Shown in pieces: positions 33,411-43,354 of a stretch of DNA of 57,801 nucleotides; position 1 is the stretch's first letter, and the number at the start of each line of letters is the position of its first letter. Below the pieces are notes generated by a model. The model was not told the DNA's origin. It saw only the letters and a program-made list of their open reading frames with translations, and did not search any database. The position numbers and the translations under genes are program-made. Source of the stretch: Bacteroidales bacterium (GTDB lineage: Bacteria; Bacteroidota; Bacteroidia; Bacteroidales; UBA7960); assembly GCA_046483935.1 (NCBI GenBank), contig JAWOCF010000135.1:1-57801 (forward strand), read 5' to 3'.

Positions 33411-36191
33411 GTGCCTGCCAAATTAGGTTTGAAGTTTTTTGTCCTGATACTTTTGCTTTTTCTTTCTGGGATGCCGGCACCGGCTCAGGCCTCCCCTGAA
33501 AAGCCTTTGAACCCTGATTTTCACGCAGCTCATCGGGGCCACCCTTTTTCCTACCAGGTGGCAGATGCCATGATGCTTCAACCCATGCAGGATCCGCGCG
33601 ATCTGAACCCTGTTCAACCTCCCGATACCATTGCCCCCGACACCATCCTCGATATGCCTGCCCGCCAACAAGGCTCGGCAACCATTCTGGGTGCCCAGGT
33701 GGATTATTCATCAACCGATTCAATCTATTTTGACCTGCAAAACCAGAAGGTATTTTTATATGGGGAGGCCAACCTGGTGTATGACGAGATTCACCTGCAG
33801 GCAGCTTATGTGGAAATAGATTTTAACCGCAATGAGGTATTTGCCCGGGGCATGCCCGACTCATTAGGCATTATGCAGGGCTTGCCGGTATTTACCGAGG
33901 GCCAGCAAAGCTTCAAGTCGAAGGAGATGCGTTACAATTTTGCCACCAAACAAGGTCGTACCATTGGGGTCATCACCGAAGAAGCCGATGGTTTTATTCA
34001 TGGTGATATCGTCAAGATGCATCCCAACCAGATTATCCATGCCCAGGATGGTAAATATACCACTTGCGATGCCTCCGAACCCCATTTCCATATTGCCTTT
34101 CGCCGGGCCAAGATCATTCCCAACGACAAGATCATCACCAGCCTGGCCTATCTGGTCATTGAGGGGGTGCCTCTGCCACTGGTATTGCCCTTTGGGTTCT
34201 TTCCCAACAAAAAAGGACAGGCATCCGGGGTCTTGTTTCCTTCTTTTACCGAAAGCGCCAACCGGGGATTTGGCCTGGAAAGAGGTGGTTTTTACTGGGG
34301 AATCAATGAGCATATGGATCTGGCCCTTCGGGGCAATGTTTACTCGCGTGGTTCATGGGAGGCCTCCGTCGAATCAACCTACAACAAGCGGTACCGCTTC
34401 AGGGGAGGGATCAACCTGGGCTATTCTATTAACATTGAAGGCGAAACAGGGATGCCCAATTACCAGCGAAGGCGTGATTTCCGCATCCGATGGAATCATA
34501 GCCAGGATCCCAAGGCCAGGCCCAACAGCAACTTCTCGGCCAGTGTCAATGCCGGCAGCTCCGGGTTTACCCAGCTGAACCAGGTGTCTGATCAGGAATA
34601 CCTCACCAATACTTTCTCTTCGAGCATTACCTACTCCAGACGCTGGGCAGGAGGATACAATTTATCAACCTCTCTGAATCACAGTCAGAATACCCAAAAC
34701 CGGCGGGTTGACATGAGTCTTCCGGAGATTGCCTTCAGCAAGTCACGGTTTTATCCCCTGCGTCGTGCCCAACCCCAGGGAGCGCTGCGCTGGTATGAAA
34801 ATATTAACATGACTTACAACATGAATGCCAGCAATAAGATCAGCAGCCCTGATTCATTGCTGTTTACACAGGAAACATTATCGAAAATGAGCAACGGGGT
34901 GCGCCATACCGTTCCCATTTCACATTCCTTCAGGATGCTGCAGCATCTGAATATGAGCAACAGCGTGAATTATACTGAGAGATGGTATTTCCGGACGATT
35001 TCGCGCAACTGGGACCCCAATGCCATGGTGATCCAGGGCAGTGATACCCTTTACGGCAGAGTAATAACAGATACCATTCCGGGGTTCCGGGCGGCCCGCG
35101 ATTTTAGTTTCTCCTCTTCAATCAATACCAGGCTCTATGGGATGATGCAATTTACAAAAGGTCCGGTAAGAGCCCTTCGCCATGTGATGACCCCCAGCGT
35201 CAGCTTTTCGATGCGGCCCGATTTCGCTGATCCTTTCTGGGGCTACTATCAGCAATATTATAATCCCCGTGTGAAGGATACCATTCAGTATTCTGTTTTT
35301 GAGGGGGGGATCTATGGGGTGCCGCAGGCCAACCGGTCGGGCAACATCTCCTTTTCATTGACCAACAATCTGGAAATGAAGGTGCGCAACCGGCGCGACA
35401 GCATTGATGGAGACCAGAAGATTACCCTGATCGATAATCTGACCGTCAGCGGGGGATATGATGTTGCCCGGGATTCGCTCAATTTTAATGACATTTCGCT
35501 TTCGGCACGTACCAGATTGTTTGGCCGCTTTGACATCACCTTTGGAAGTAGCTGGACGGTGTATGATACCGACTCCCTGGGCCGGCGCATCAACCGCTAC
35601 GTATGGGACACCCGGGGAAAGCCTTTGCAGCTGAACAACACTTCGTGGGCCTTTGCCTTAAATTATTCGCTGAACTCAGACGCTCAGGCCCCCACCGGGG
35701 CAGGTCGTGACCAGCCCAGGGAGAACGGGATGCCGGGTATGCCCCTCGAGGGGCAAGCAGGCAATGGCATGCAACAACCCCCCGAAGAAGCCATGGAACT
35801 GACTACTCCAACCGGCTATGGCCTGGATCTTGCTGTGCCCTGGAATCTGGTTTTTTCCTACAACTTCAGGCATGGCTCACGCTATCAACCCCAGACAGGA
35901 GATTTTCAGAAAACCCTGGTGCAGACCCTGGGCGTTACCGGTGATGTGAACCTGACACCCAACTGGCGGATCGGCATTTCGTCAGGATATGATTTTGATC
36001 AGAAAGAAATTACCTACACCCGGGTAAATTTATACCGCGACTTGCATTGCTGGGAAATGACCATTGATTGGATCCCCTTTGGTTATCGCAAGTCATACTC
36101 CTTTACCCTAAGGGTGAAGTCCAGTGTGCTTCAGGATCTGAAACTTACACGCAGGACCTCCCATCTGGACAGGCAGTTGCTTGACTTCTGA
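33411..36191 (+). CDS. lptD: Putative LPS-assembly outer-membrane protein (Bacteroidota LptD/OstA-like)
   Basis: The 926-aa secreted beta-rich protein is divergent from an amidase gene, as is usual in Bacteroidota. The OstA-like N-terminal part includes KVFLYGEANLVYDEIHLQAAYVEIDF. The TTG at 33429 (xKFFVLILLLFLSG) is an alternative start. Confidence 0.65.
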   Translation: MPAKLGLKFFVLILLLFLSGMPAPAQASPEKPLNPDFHAAHRGHPFSYQVADAMMLQPMQDPRDLNPVQPPDTIAPDTILDMPARQQGSATILGAQVDYSSTDSIYFDLQNQKVFLYGEANLVYDEIHLQAAYVEIDFNRNEVFARGMPDSLGIMQGLPVFTEGQQSFKSKEMRYNFATKQGRTIGVITEEADGFIHGDIVKMHPNQIIHAQDGKYTTCDASEPHFHIAFRRAKIIPNDKIITSLAYLVIEGVPLPLVLPFGFFPNKKGQASGVLFPSFTESANRGFGLERGGFYWGINEHMDLALRGNVYSRGSWEASVESTYNKRYRFRGGINLGYSINIEGETGMPNYQRRRDFRIRWNHSQDPKARPNSNFSASVNAGSSGFTQLNQVSDQEYLTNTFSSSITYSRRWAGGYNLSTSLNHSQNTQNRRVDMSLPEIAFSKSRFYPLRRAQPQGALRWYENINMTYNMNASNKISSPDSLLFTQETLSKMSNGVRHTVPISHSFRMLQHLNMSNSVNYTERWYFRTISRNWDPNAMVIQGSDTLYGRVITDTIPGFRAARDFSFSSSINTRLYGMMQFTKGPVRALRHVMTPSVSFSMRPDFADPFWGYYQQYYNPRVKDTIQYSVFEGGIYGVPQANRSGNISFSLTNNLEMKVRNRRDSIDGDQKITLIDNLTVSGGYDVARDSLNFNDISLSARTRLFGRFDITFGSSWTVYDTDSLGRRINRYVWDTRGKPLQLNNTSWAFALNYSLNSDAQAPTGAGRDQPRENGMPGMPLEGQAGNGMQQPPEEAMELTTPTGYGLDLAVPWNLVFSYNFRHGSRYQPQTGDFQKTLVQTLGVTGDVNLTPNWRIGISSGYDFDQKEITYTRVNLYRDLHCWEMTIDWIPFGYRKSYSFTLRVKSSVLQDLKLTRRTSHLDRQLLDF

Positions 36192-36406
36192 TCCCTGTTC
36201 GGGGTTTTTGTTTCCCGATAATCTCAAAAAAGCTGCAATGTTTTTCAGAAAATAGTGGTGGGTTTAAAAAAAAATTAGAATATTTGCACTAAATTTTACC
36301 CAATGACTGGGGAAGCGCTAAGAATGGATTTTGTAAAATGATTTTTCGAATATAATTATTCACGTTTTTCTATTTGCTTATTCACCAAAAAACTTAAAAC
36401 AATAGT

Positions 36407-36991
36407 ATGAAAACAGCTATTCAAATTGGCCTGGCCATTGCAATCATTGTACTTGCTTATTTTGTGTACGACAGCATCATGGAGCCAGTACGGTTCAATC
36501 AGGAGGCCTCCATTCGTGAGGCAAGAGTAATTCAGCGCCTGAAGGATATCCGTTCGGTTCAGCTGGCCCACCGCACAAAATATGGTACCTTCAATGGCAG
36601 CCTGGATTCTCTGGTATGGTTCGTCGAAAATGATTCACTGCCTGTAGTGAACGCCATTGGTTCGGTTCCCGACACCCTTACTGAATCAGAAGCTATAGAA
36701 CTGGGCATCGTTTCCAGGGACACGATCTGGGTGGCTGCCCGCGATACCATCCTGAAAAACACCCGATATCCCCTGGACTCACTGCCTTATGTGCCTTTCA
36801 GTGGTGGCAAACGTTTTGAAATGCAAACTGCCATGATTGAACGCGGTCAGGCGCAATTGCCTGTTTTTGAGGCTTTCACCCTTCCCGAAGACTATATGAG
36901 AGGCCTGGAATATCCGGTGTATTACACCAGGATGGAAGGCCTGCGGGTAGGCTCGCTGACACAGGCCTCCTTCGACGGCAACTGGGAATAA
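36407..36991 (+). CDS. Membrane-anchored hypothetical protein
   Basis: It has an N-terminal TM helix (IGLAIAIIVLAYFVY) and no recognised family. It looks coding by length and by its position ahead of the DUF3822-rsmD-coaD cluster. Confidence 0.5.
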   Translation: MKTAIQIGLAIAIIVLAYFVYDSIMEPVRFNQEASIREARVIQRLKDIRSVQLAHRTKYGTFNGSLDSLVWFVENDSLPVVNAIGSVPDTLTESEAIELGIVSRDTIWVAARDTILKNTRYPLDSLPYVPFSGGKRFEMQTAMIERGQAQLPVFEAFTLPEDYMRGLEYPVYYTRMEGLRVGSLTQASFDGNWE

Positions 36992-37004
36992 ATCTTCATC
37001 TTTT

Positions 37005-37874
37005 ATGTCCGCCCCTTTTAGCAAAACGATCAGCATAGGTTCTGAGGCTTTTTCTCCGGGGACGGAAAATAAGAAATCATTATCCATCGAGCTTTTGCCC
37101 GATGGATTTTCTTTTTCTGTCCTGGATCATCAGCAGTTTAAATATCTTATCCTGGAATCTTTCCGGGCCCGACAGGTAGTTACTATGGCTGAATGGTCCG
37201 GGATGCTTCATCAGATGGTACGCGACAACCCATTGCTGGCCGCCTCATACCATCAGGTGAGTATATCATGGTTCACTACCCAGCTGACCCTGATTCCTGT
37301 TTCCTTATATCAGCAAGAGCAAAAGGATAGTTATTATCAGTTTGCCAACAATCTTCCCCCGGATCATATGGTGGCGCAAGATCGGCTGAACACCCTGGAA
37401 GCCTATGGATTGTATGCCATTTCCACTGAAGTAAACAACCAGCTCAACCAGTTGTTTCCCGGGCACCGGTTGCGTCATTCGGGCACAGTGCTTATCGAAA
37501 GCTTGCTGGCAACCCGCCAGCTCAACGAATGGAAAGCATCAATGGTGTTGCACATCCGGCGCAAGCATTTTGACGTGGTGTTGTTTGAGGACCAGAAACT
37601 GAATTATTATAACTCTTTCCGCTATGAAGAGTTTGGTGACCTGATGTACTACCTGTTTTTTGTGCTGGAGCAGTTTGGTCTGGACGCCAATGCAATGGAT
37701 GTATTGCTGGTGGGTGAGATCAGCCTGGACAATGACCGGTTTCTGGCCCTGTCGCAATATTTCAGAAAAGTATCCTTTATCGGACGCAGCGATATTTACC
37801 GGTACGCCCAGGAGTTTGATGCACTGCCTCATCATTATTTTTACACTTTACTGAACCTGAACTCATGCGGATAA
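37005..37874 (+). CDS. DUF3822-like protein
   Basis: LSIELLPDGFSFSVLD near the N-terminus and the position immediately upstream of (and overlapping) rsmD match the arrangement I recall for DUF3822 in Bacteroidota. Confidence 0.55.
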   Translation: MSAPFSKTISIGSEAFSPGTENKKSLSIELLPDGFSFSVLDHQQFKYLILESFRARQVVTMAEWSGMLHQMVRDNPLLAASYHQVSISWFTTQLTLIPVSLYQQEQKDSYYQFANNLPPDHMVAQDRLNTLEAYGLYAISTEVNNQLNQLFPGHRLRHSGTVLIESLLATRQLNEWKASMVLHIRRKHFDVVLFEDQKLNYYNSFRYEEFGDLMYYLFFVLEQFGLDANAMDVLLVGEISLDNDRFLALSQYFRKVSFIGRSDIYRYAQEFDALPHHYFYTLLNLNSCG

Positions 37875-38395
37875 TCGGAGGGAGTCATAAACGCAGGATC
37901 ATTCATGCCCCGGAATCTCTGCCCGTGCGGCCCACTACCGACATTGCCAAGGAGGCCTTGTTTAACGTGCTCAACAACCATTTTGATTTTGAAGGACTCA
38001 ACGTGCTGGATCTGTTTGCCGGCACCGGAAACATCTCTTATGAGTTTGCCTCCCGGGGTGCAGCTGAGGTGGTGGCAGTAGATCAGCATCCCAGGTGTGT
38101 TTCTTTTATCAATGAAACCCGTCTGATGCTTTCCCTGGACAACCTGAAAGTCATCCGTTCCGATGTATTCCGCTTTCTGGGATATGCCCGGCAAGGGTTT
38201 GATGTTATCTTTGCTGATCCGCCCTACGACATCCAGGGATTTGAGCAGATTCCCCGGGTTGTCTTCGAACGTCAGCTGTTGGCCCCCAAGGGATGGCTCA
38301 TCGTGGAGCATCCTGCTGAGATCTCTTTTGAAGACCATGAACATTTCCTGGAAAAAAGAAAGTATGGCAAGGTGAACATGAGTTTCTTTGGCTGA
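37865..38395 (+). CDS. rsmD: 16S rRNA (guanine966-N2)-methyltransferase
   Basis: MRIIGGSHKRRII...RPTTDIAKEALFNVL, DLFAGTGNIS and the DPPY motif are present. Confidence 0.9.
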   Translation: MRIIGGSHKRRIIHAPESLPVRPTTDIAKEALFNVLNNHFDFEGLNVLDLFAGTGNISYEFASRGAAEVVAVDQHPRCVSFINETRLMLSLDNLKVIRSDVFRFLGYARQGFDVIFADPPYDIQGFEQIPRVVFERQLLAPKGWLIVEHPAEISFEDHEHFLEKRKYGKVNMSFFG

Positions 38396-38412
38396 GCCGC
38401 ACGGTGAAGGAT

Positions 38413-38420
38413 TATTTTTG
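38413..38420 (+). promoter_or_regulatory. Candidate -7 promoter box (TATTTTTG) for coaD
   Basis: It matches TAnnTTTG 38 nt upstream of the coaD ATG. Confidence 0.45.
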
Positions 38421-38457
38421 TTACATTTCGTGCTTATTGCTGTTTTAACATTATATC

Positions 38458-38916
38458 ATGGAAAAAATTGCCCTGTTTCCCGGCTCATTCGACCCCATCA
38501 CCAAAGGTCACGAATCTATTATCCTTCGGGCACTTCCCTTGTTCGATAAGATCATTGTGGCCATTGGCGTGAATGCCGAAAAGCAAAGCCTGTTTTCTCT
38601 GGACCAGCGTAAAAAATGGATCAGCCAGGTGTTTGCCCAATATCCAGCCATTGAGGTGATGGAATACCAGGGATTGACCGTGGATCTTTGTAGAAAGATT
38701 AATGCCGGATATATCCTCAGGGGATTGCGTACCTCTGCTGACTTTGAGTTTGAAAGAAGCATCGGGCAAATGAACAAAAAGATGCTGCCCGGCATAGAAA
38801 CCATCTTTCTGCTCACTACGCCCGAGTATACAGCCCTGAATTCCTCTATTGTAAGAGACATTATCCGCAACGGGGGAGATGCTTCTGCTTTCGTTCCCGA
38901 ACAGGTAATGCTATGA
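38458..38916 (+). CDS. coaD: Phosphopantetheine adenylyltransferase
   Basis: FPGSFDPITKGH (T/HxGH), the 152-aa length and SSIVRDI near the C-terminus all fit CoaD. Confidence 0.92.
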   Translation: MEKIALFPGSFDPITKGHESIILRALPLFDKIIVAIGVNAEKQSLFSLDQRKKWISQVFAQYPAIEVMEYQGLTVDLCRKINAGYILRGLRTSADFEFERSIGQMNKKMLPGIETIFLLTTPEYTALNSSIVRDIIRNGGDASAFVPEQVML

Positions 38917-38950
38917 TTTCAGGGTATGGGAAATGCTTGTTGCAGGCGGG

Positions 38951-39853
38951 CTATTGCTCCCTTTCCGTTTGCGGACTGACTTTCATGAGCACCTGGTTGA
39001 TATTCCCTTTCAGGCCATCCAGATGACGGTGTATGATGGCCACCTGGCATTCTGAGAGACTTTCCCACTTTCCGGGCCACAGCCCCATGATGTTGTTGGT
39101 TACTCCTACCGGAAAACAGCCCAGGTCCTGGCACTGGGTGCATTGGTCTGGCCCGTAATGATGACGCAAGCCCAGGCTGTGCCCCAGTTCATGAGCCAGG
39201 TTGCCATAGTTGGCATAAGGCTGGCCTGAAGCGAACGCATGGTACCATCCTTTGAAGAGCATGAAATCTTTGTTGCCGATGCCCGACACCTGGCCTCCTG
39301 TTACCGGATGAGTGCCTGCAATAATAATATGCAGTGTATGTTGCTTTTGAACGCTATTGAGGGTGTTGTTCTTTACCACATAATTTTTATGGGCAAATGC
39401 TGCTCCATGCCTCACAATGCCTTTTTTGGAAAATGTTTCATGTACAAAATCATCCCTGTGAAAATAGATGGTATCAAGAAATACCCTGATCCTGGCATCA
39501 GAGATATGAGGAGAAGTAATTTCAGGAGAACCTGCAGGTTCAAGAGGCGGCATACCAGAAAGCAGTTCATTGAGTTTCTTAATAGTGTTCTCAAGGAAGG
39601 CACGGTGGGCTGGCCGATCCTGGAAAGAATCTTTTCCCGAGGAAGGAGCGAACACATGAATGGCAACACGGATGTATTTCAGGGGCACTGTTTCCTGGAT
39701 AAAGGGTTGATAAGGGTCAACCTCCATGGCAGGGGCGGAGGCTGTTTTGGAGGCAGGTATTTCAGGAATTTTCTTTTCAGGCTGCGCCAGGGCAACTTGC
39801 CCGGGCAGGTTGAATAACAACCAGAAAGAAAAAAATATAAAGGTTGATTTCAT
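38951..39853 (-). CDS. Secreted zinc metalloprotease (metzincin, M43/pappalysin-like)
   Basis: It has a signal peptide, the HELGHSLGLRH motif (HExxHxxGxxH) and a downstream Met-turn candidate NNIMG. Confidence 0.6.
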   Translation of the reverse strand: MKSTFIFFSFWLLFNLPGQVALAQPEKKIPEIPASKTASAPAMEVDPYQPFIQETVPLKYIRVAIHVFAPSSGKDSFQDRPAHRAFLENTIKKLNELLSGMPPLEPAGSPEITSPHISDARIRVFLDTIYFHRDDFVHETFSKKGIVRHGAAFAHKNYVVKNNTLNSVQKQHTLHIIIAGTHPVTGGQVSGIGNKDFMLFKGWYHAFASGQPYANYGNLAHELGHSLGLRHHYGPDQCTQCQDLGCFPVGVTNNIMGLWPGKWESLSECQVAIIHRHLDGLKGNINQVLMKVSPQTEREQ

Positions 39854-40025
39854 GGGTTTGCGTATTGTAAGATGATATTTTCAGAATGCTGATTGAATCA
39901 GAATGCTGAATGAGTGTAGTGAAAAAACTGTGCCAGAATATTTTTCAGGGCAAGGCTCTTTTTACAGCACCTGTGTGAATAAGCAGTACCCATAAAATTA
40001 AAATATTATTAAGTTTCCTTTTTGG

Positions 40026-40033
40026 TAATTTTG
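40026..40033 (+). promoter_or_regulatory. Candidate -7 promoter box (TAATTTTG) for the TlpA-like gene
   Basis: It matches TAnnTTTG 55 nt upstream of the ATG at 40088. Confidence 0.45.
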
Positions 40034-40087
40034 CCAATATTATCTAGTTAATTTCGTTTTTCAACAGATCCGCTGAAATCCACAGGA

Positions 40088-41488
40088 ATGAAAATCAGAC
40101 TGGTACTTTTTTTTCTTTTTGCCATCAACCTGACTCTTGGGGCTCAGGAAACCGTCATTACCGGATTATTCCCAGGTGCAGCCCACCGGGAGATTCGCCT
40201 GGTGCTTCCCGAAGATTATATTACCTGGCGCCCCCATGAGAAAGAAGCTGTAACGATTGATCGTGATGGTAAGTTTTCTTTTTCCATGCATCTTGATGGC
40301 CCCAGGCTTGTGGAATTGCGCATCGATCACAGTGTCAGTTCCTTTTTTGCAGAACCCGGGGTAAATCTACATCTGGAGTATGCTCCTTTTGATTTTCAGG
40401 CCCCCCAACGTCAGAATGTCAATTGGCTTCAGGAAGAATTTGAATATGAAATCACGGCTACTGATGGTCAGGATGTGTTAAACCCTAACATCAGGACCCT
40501 TCAGGAACTCACCAATGGGTTCCTGGAAAGCAGGCAGAACATGGTGAGGGTGAACCACCGGGCCGCGCTGCTGGAATTTGAAAAAGTGGTGAATGAACGG
40601 TTTCAGCAGGTAGGGCATCCTTTTTTCAAAAGATATCTTGATGATCATCTGGCCGGATTGCATTTTTCGCTGGGCAGCATCAGGCCTGAGCAAATCATTG
40701 ACCAGCATCTGAAGCCACGGGCTATAGAGTACGATAACAGCAACTTTATGTACCTTTTCAGCCGGGCCTTTTATTCTTACATCCAGAGTGGCCGCTCGAC
40801 GGTTAGCTATTATGACTGGAAGGAAAAGGTAAACAACCACGGCAGTTATTCAGCCCTGATGGAGCTTCTTGAAGAAGACCCGGTGATGGATGATCAGTCG
40901 GTGCGCGAACTGGTGTTGTTGCTGGAGCTTTCAAACATGTATAATAACAAGGACTTCAAGCCTTCCCTGATTACCGGCATCCTGCAACAGCTGATCCAGG
41001 CTACCCCGAGAGAGCAACATCGGATCATTGCCCGCAACATCATCTGGGATCAGACCCGTTTGCGTAAAGGACAGGATGCTCCTACACTGGAGTTGTATGA
41101 TGCACAGGATAATAAAATCGCTCTTGAGGATTATCAAGGGAAATATCTCGTCTTGTTTTTTATGACTTCCTGGTGCCAGGCCTGTGTCAGCGATCTTGCT
41201 CCTTTGGCGGATATGGCAGAGGATTTTCAGCAGGAAGTTGCCTTTGCAGGGATCCTGGCCGACCGGGATGAAGCAGGGGCACGATCTTTTATAACAGACA
41301 ATAACCTGCCTGTCGACCTCTATTATTTTGACCATGATTACCAGTTGCTGGAAAGATACAGGATAATGGATGTGCCTGTCTATCTTGTCATCGATCCACA
41401 GGGGAAGGTGGTTCATAATCATTTCCCAGCTCCGGCAGCCGGGGCCTGGGACGAACTGCGCAAGTTGTTGCTGGCGCCCGGAATGTAA
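40088..41488 (+). CDS. TlpA/ResA-like thiol:disulfide oxidoreductase with a large N-terminal domain
   Basis: A signal peptide is present, and the C-terminal thioredoxin fold carries KYLVLFFMTSWCQACVSDL (WCxxC). Confidence 0.75.
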   Translation: MKIRLVLFFLFAINLTLGAQETVITGLFPGAAHREIRLVLPEDYITWRPHEKEAVTIDRDGKFSFSMHLDGPRLVELRIDHSVSSFFAEPGVNLHLEYAPFDFQAPQRQNVNWLQEEFEYEITATDGQDVLNPNIRTLQELTNGFLESRQNMVRVNHRAALLEFEKVVNERFQQVGHPFFKRYLDDHLAGLHFSLGSIRPEQIIDQHLKPRAIEYDNSNFMYLFSRAFYSYIQSGRSTVSYYDWKEKVNNHGSYSALMELLEEDPVMDDQSVRELVLLLELSNMYNNKDFKPSLITGILQQLIQATPREQHRIIARNIIWDQTRLRKGQDAPTLELYDAQDNKIALEDYQGKYLVLFFMTSWCQACVSDLAPLADMAEDFQQEVAFAGILADRDEAGARSFITDNNLPVDLYYFDHDYQLLERYRIMDVPVYLVIDPQGKVVHNHFPAPAAGAWDELRKLLLAPGM

Positions 41489-41502
41489 ATGGTAATCCCC
41501 GT

Positions 41503-42132
41503 TTATTTAAAGGCCAGGTGAAATAGTTCACGCAGGCTGGCATAGGTGTTGGAAATCACCATAGGCAATTCCTCCTGACCGATCCAGATGGCTTTTTCAA
41601 TGCCTTCCTGTTGCTGGGGTACCAAAGGGGAAGTATCGCGCGTGGTCATGGCAAACCAATGCGTTTGCTTCAGGGCCCACTGGCCATTTTTCAAAGGGTA
41701 GGCGTGAAGGGTATAAGGAAGCGTGGCGGTGATGGTCAGGTTGTTGATCCCGCATTCTTCAGTCACCTCCCGGGTGGCTGCCTGGGGAGGCAACTCCCCG
41801 GGGTCGAGCTTGCCTTTTGGCAGATCCCATTTCTGCCAGCGATAAATCACCAATAGTTTTCCCGCTGAATTCTTAACCAGCCCGCCAGCTGCTTCCACTG
41901 GCATAAAGTTGATGGCAAAGCTTCTCAGAAGCTTTGCCGGATTGGTTGTCAGCAGGGTAAGATCCGATGAATGGGGTGCCTCCAGCCATTGCGAAAATAG
42001 CTGCCACAACTCAGGAGAATCCTGCTGGCGCAGATCCTCTATCATTCCGTGGGCGGGCCGGGGTGCTTCCGGGCTGAAATGAAGTGCTTTATTGTCAACA
42101 AAAACTTTAAAGGACTTGCCGGTTAAATGCAT
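41503..42132 (-). CDS. NUDIX hydrolase
   Basis: The Nudix box is GKLDPGELPPQAATREVTEECGI. I prefer ATG 42132 (MHLTGK...). The track start at 42264 would overrun the pyrE promoter. Confidence 0.8.
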   Translation of the reverse strand: MHLTGKSFKVFVDNKALHFSPEAPRPAHGMIEDLRQQDSPELWQLFSQWLEAPHSSDLTLLTTNPAKLLRSFAINFMPVEAAGGLVKNSAGKLLVIYRWQKWDLPKGKLDPGELPPQAATREVTEECGINNLTITATLPYTLHAYPLKNGQWALKQTHWFAMTTRDTSPLVPQQQEGIEKAIWIGQEELPMVISNTYASLRELFHLAFK

Positions 42133-42252
42133 GAGTGGGCTTTTTTTTTGTGAGTCATAAAGGTAAGGTTTTTCACAGGATGATCTCCATTGGCAGGCGC
42201 AGGAGCCAGCAAAGGGAGTAAAATAACCGATGGATTGTCTGAAAAAAATCCG

Positions 42253-42260
42253 TAGGTTTG
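42253..42260 (+). promoter_or_regulatory. Candidate -7 promoter box (TAGGTTTG) for pyrE
   Basis: It matches TAnnTTTG 23 nt upstream of the pyrE ATG. Confidence 0.5.
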
Positions 42261-42282
42261 CCACCTCAAAACCTTTATAATC

Positions 42283-42930
42283 ATGACCCGTCAGCAGGAT
42301 ATTTCAAGAACTATTGCAGGTTATCTGTTAGATATAGAAGCCGTGAAACTGAATGTGGCCGAACCCTTTACGTGGGCCTCAGGAATGAAAAGCCCCATTT
42401 ACTGCGACAACCGTCAGATATTGTCATACCCCAAAATCCGCCAGCAGGTAGCTCAGCACATGAGCCAGCTGGTGAGAGAACATTTTGTGGGGGCTGAGGT
42501 AATTGCCGGAGTGGCAACAGGTGCAATAGCCATTGGAGTGCTGGTGGCCCAGGAGCTGGGGCTGCCTTTTATATATGTACGGAGTACTGCCAAAGAACAT
42601 GGCCTGGGCAATCAGGTGGAGGGTAGAGTAGAGGCTGGGAAAAAAACTGTAGTGGTGGAAGACCTTGTATCGACCGGTAAAAGCAGCCTTGCCGCTGTGG
42701 AGGCCCTTCGTCAGGCGGGCCTGCAGGTAGCCGGTATGGCTGCCATTTTTACCTATCAGCTGCCGGCCGCCGCTAAAGTGATGGACGATCACCAATGCCC
42801 CCTGTTTACGCTTAGCAATTATACTTCCCTGGTAGAGCTGGCCCTGGAAAATGGCACAATCAGTGAAAGCGACATGGGTGTTCTGAAGAAATGGCGTGAA
42901 GATCCCCGCCAATGGGCTGCACGATTATAA
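42283..42930 (+). CDS. pyrE: Orotate phosphoribosyltransferase
   Basis: FTWASGMKSPIYCDNR and the PRPP-binding loop VVVEDLVSTGKS are present. Confidence 0.92.
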   Translation: MTRQQDISRTIAGYLLDIEAVKLNVAEPFTWASGMKSPIYCDNRQILSYPKIRQQVAQHMSQLVREHFVGAEVIAGVATGAIAIGVLVAQELGLPFIYVRSTAKEHGLGNQVEGRVEAGKKTVVVEDLVSTGKSSLAAVEALRQAGLQVAGMAAIFTYQLPAAAKVMDDHQCPLFTLSNYTSLVELALENGTISESDMGVLKKWREDPRQWAARL

Positions 42931-42949
42931 TCATTAACATCATCAATCA

Positions 42950-43351
42950 ATGGCAAAATTTGAAAGCGAAAAGGTCCTTCTGGAGGCCGATGCAGCAACA
43001 GTATATGATTTTCTGAGTGATTTCCGCAACTTCGGGGATTTGGTGCCAGAGCAGGTTTCCAACTGGCAGGCCGACGACGCCTCCTGCTCTTTCACCATTC
43101 AGGGCGTGGCCTCCCTTTCTATGTGTATCAACGAGAAGACCCCTTATTCAAGGATACATATTGTGTCGTGTGGCAAAAACCCCGTGGAATACACTCTGGA
43201 TTGTTTTATTTTTGAAGAAGCACAGGGAGTGTGTTCGGCGAAACTGGAATTTGACGCCCAACTGAATCCTTTCATGAAAGCCGTGGCGTCGCGCCCCCTG
43301 CAGAGCTTTGTGAGCCTGATGGCCCAGAAGCTGCAACAGCATTTTTCGTAA
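42950..43351 (+). CDS. SRPBCC (START/Bet v1-like) family protein
   Basis: The 133-aa product with the N-terminal pattern FESEKVLLEADAATVYDFLSDFRNFGDLVP is typical of small SRPBCC proteins that follow pyrE in Bacteroidota. Confidence 0.55.
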   Translation: MAKFESEKVLLEADAATVYDFLSDFRNFGDLVPEQVSNWQADDASCSFTIQGVASLSMCINEKTPYSRIHIVSCGKNPVEYTLDCFIFEEAQGVCSAKLEFDAQLNPFMKAVASRPLQSFVSLMAQKLQQHFS

Positions 43352-43354
43352 TGC

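Noticed and set aside
33385-33723. A 112-aa minus-strand ORF overlapping the lptD start and the amidase promoter.
   Set aside because: It is antisense to the well-supported lptD N-terminus, including the signal peptide. It is Pro/Gly/Trp/Arg-rich like a shadow frame.
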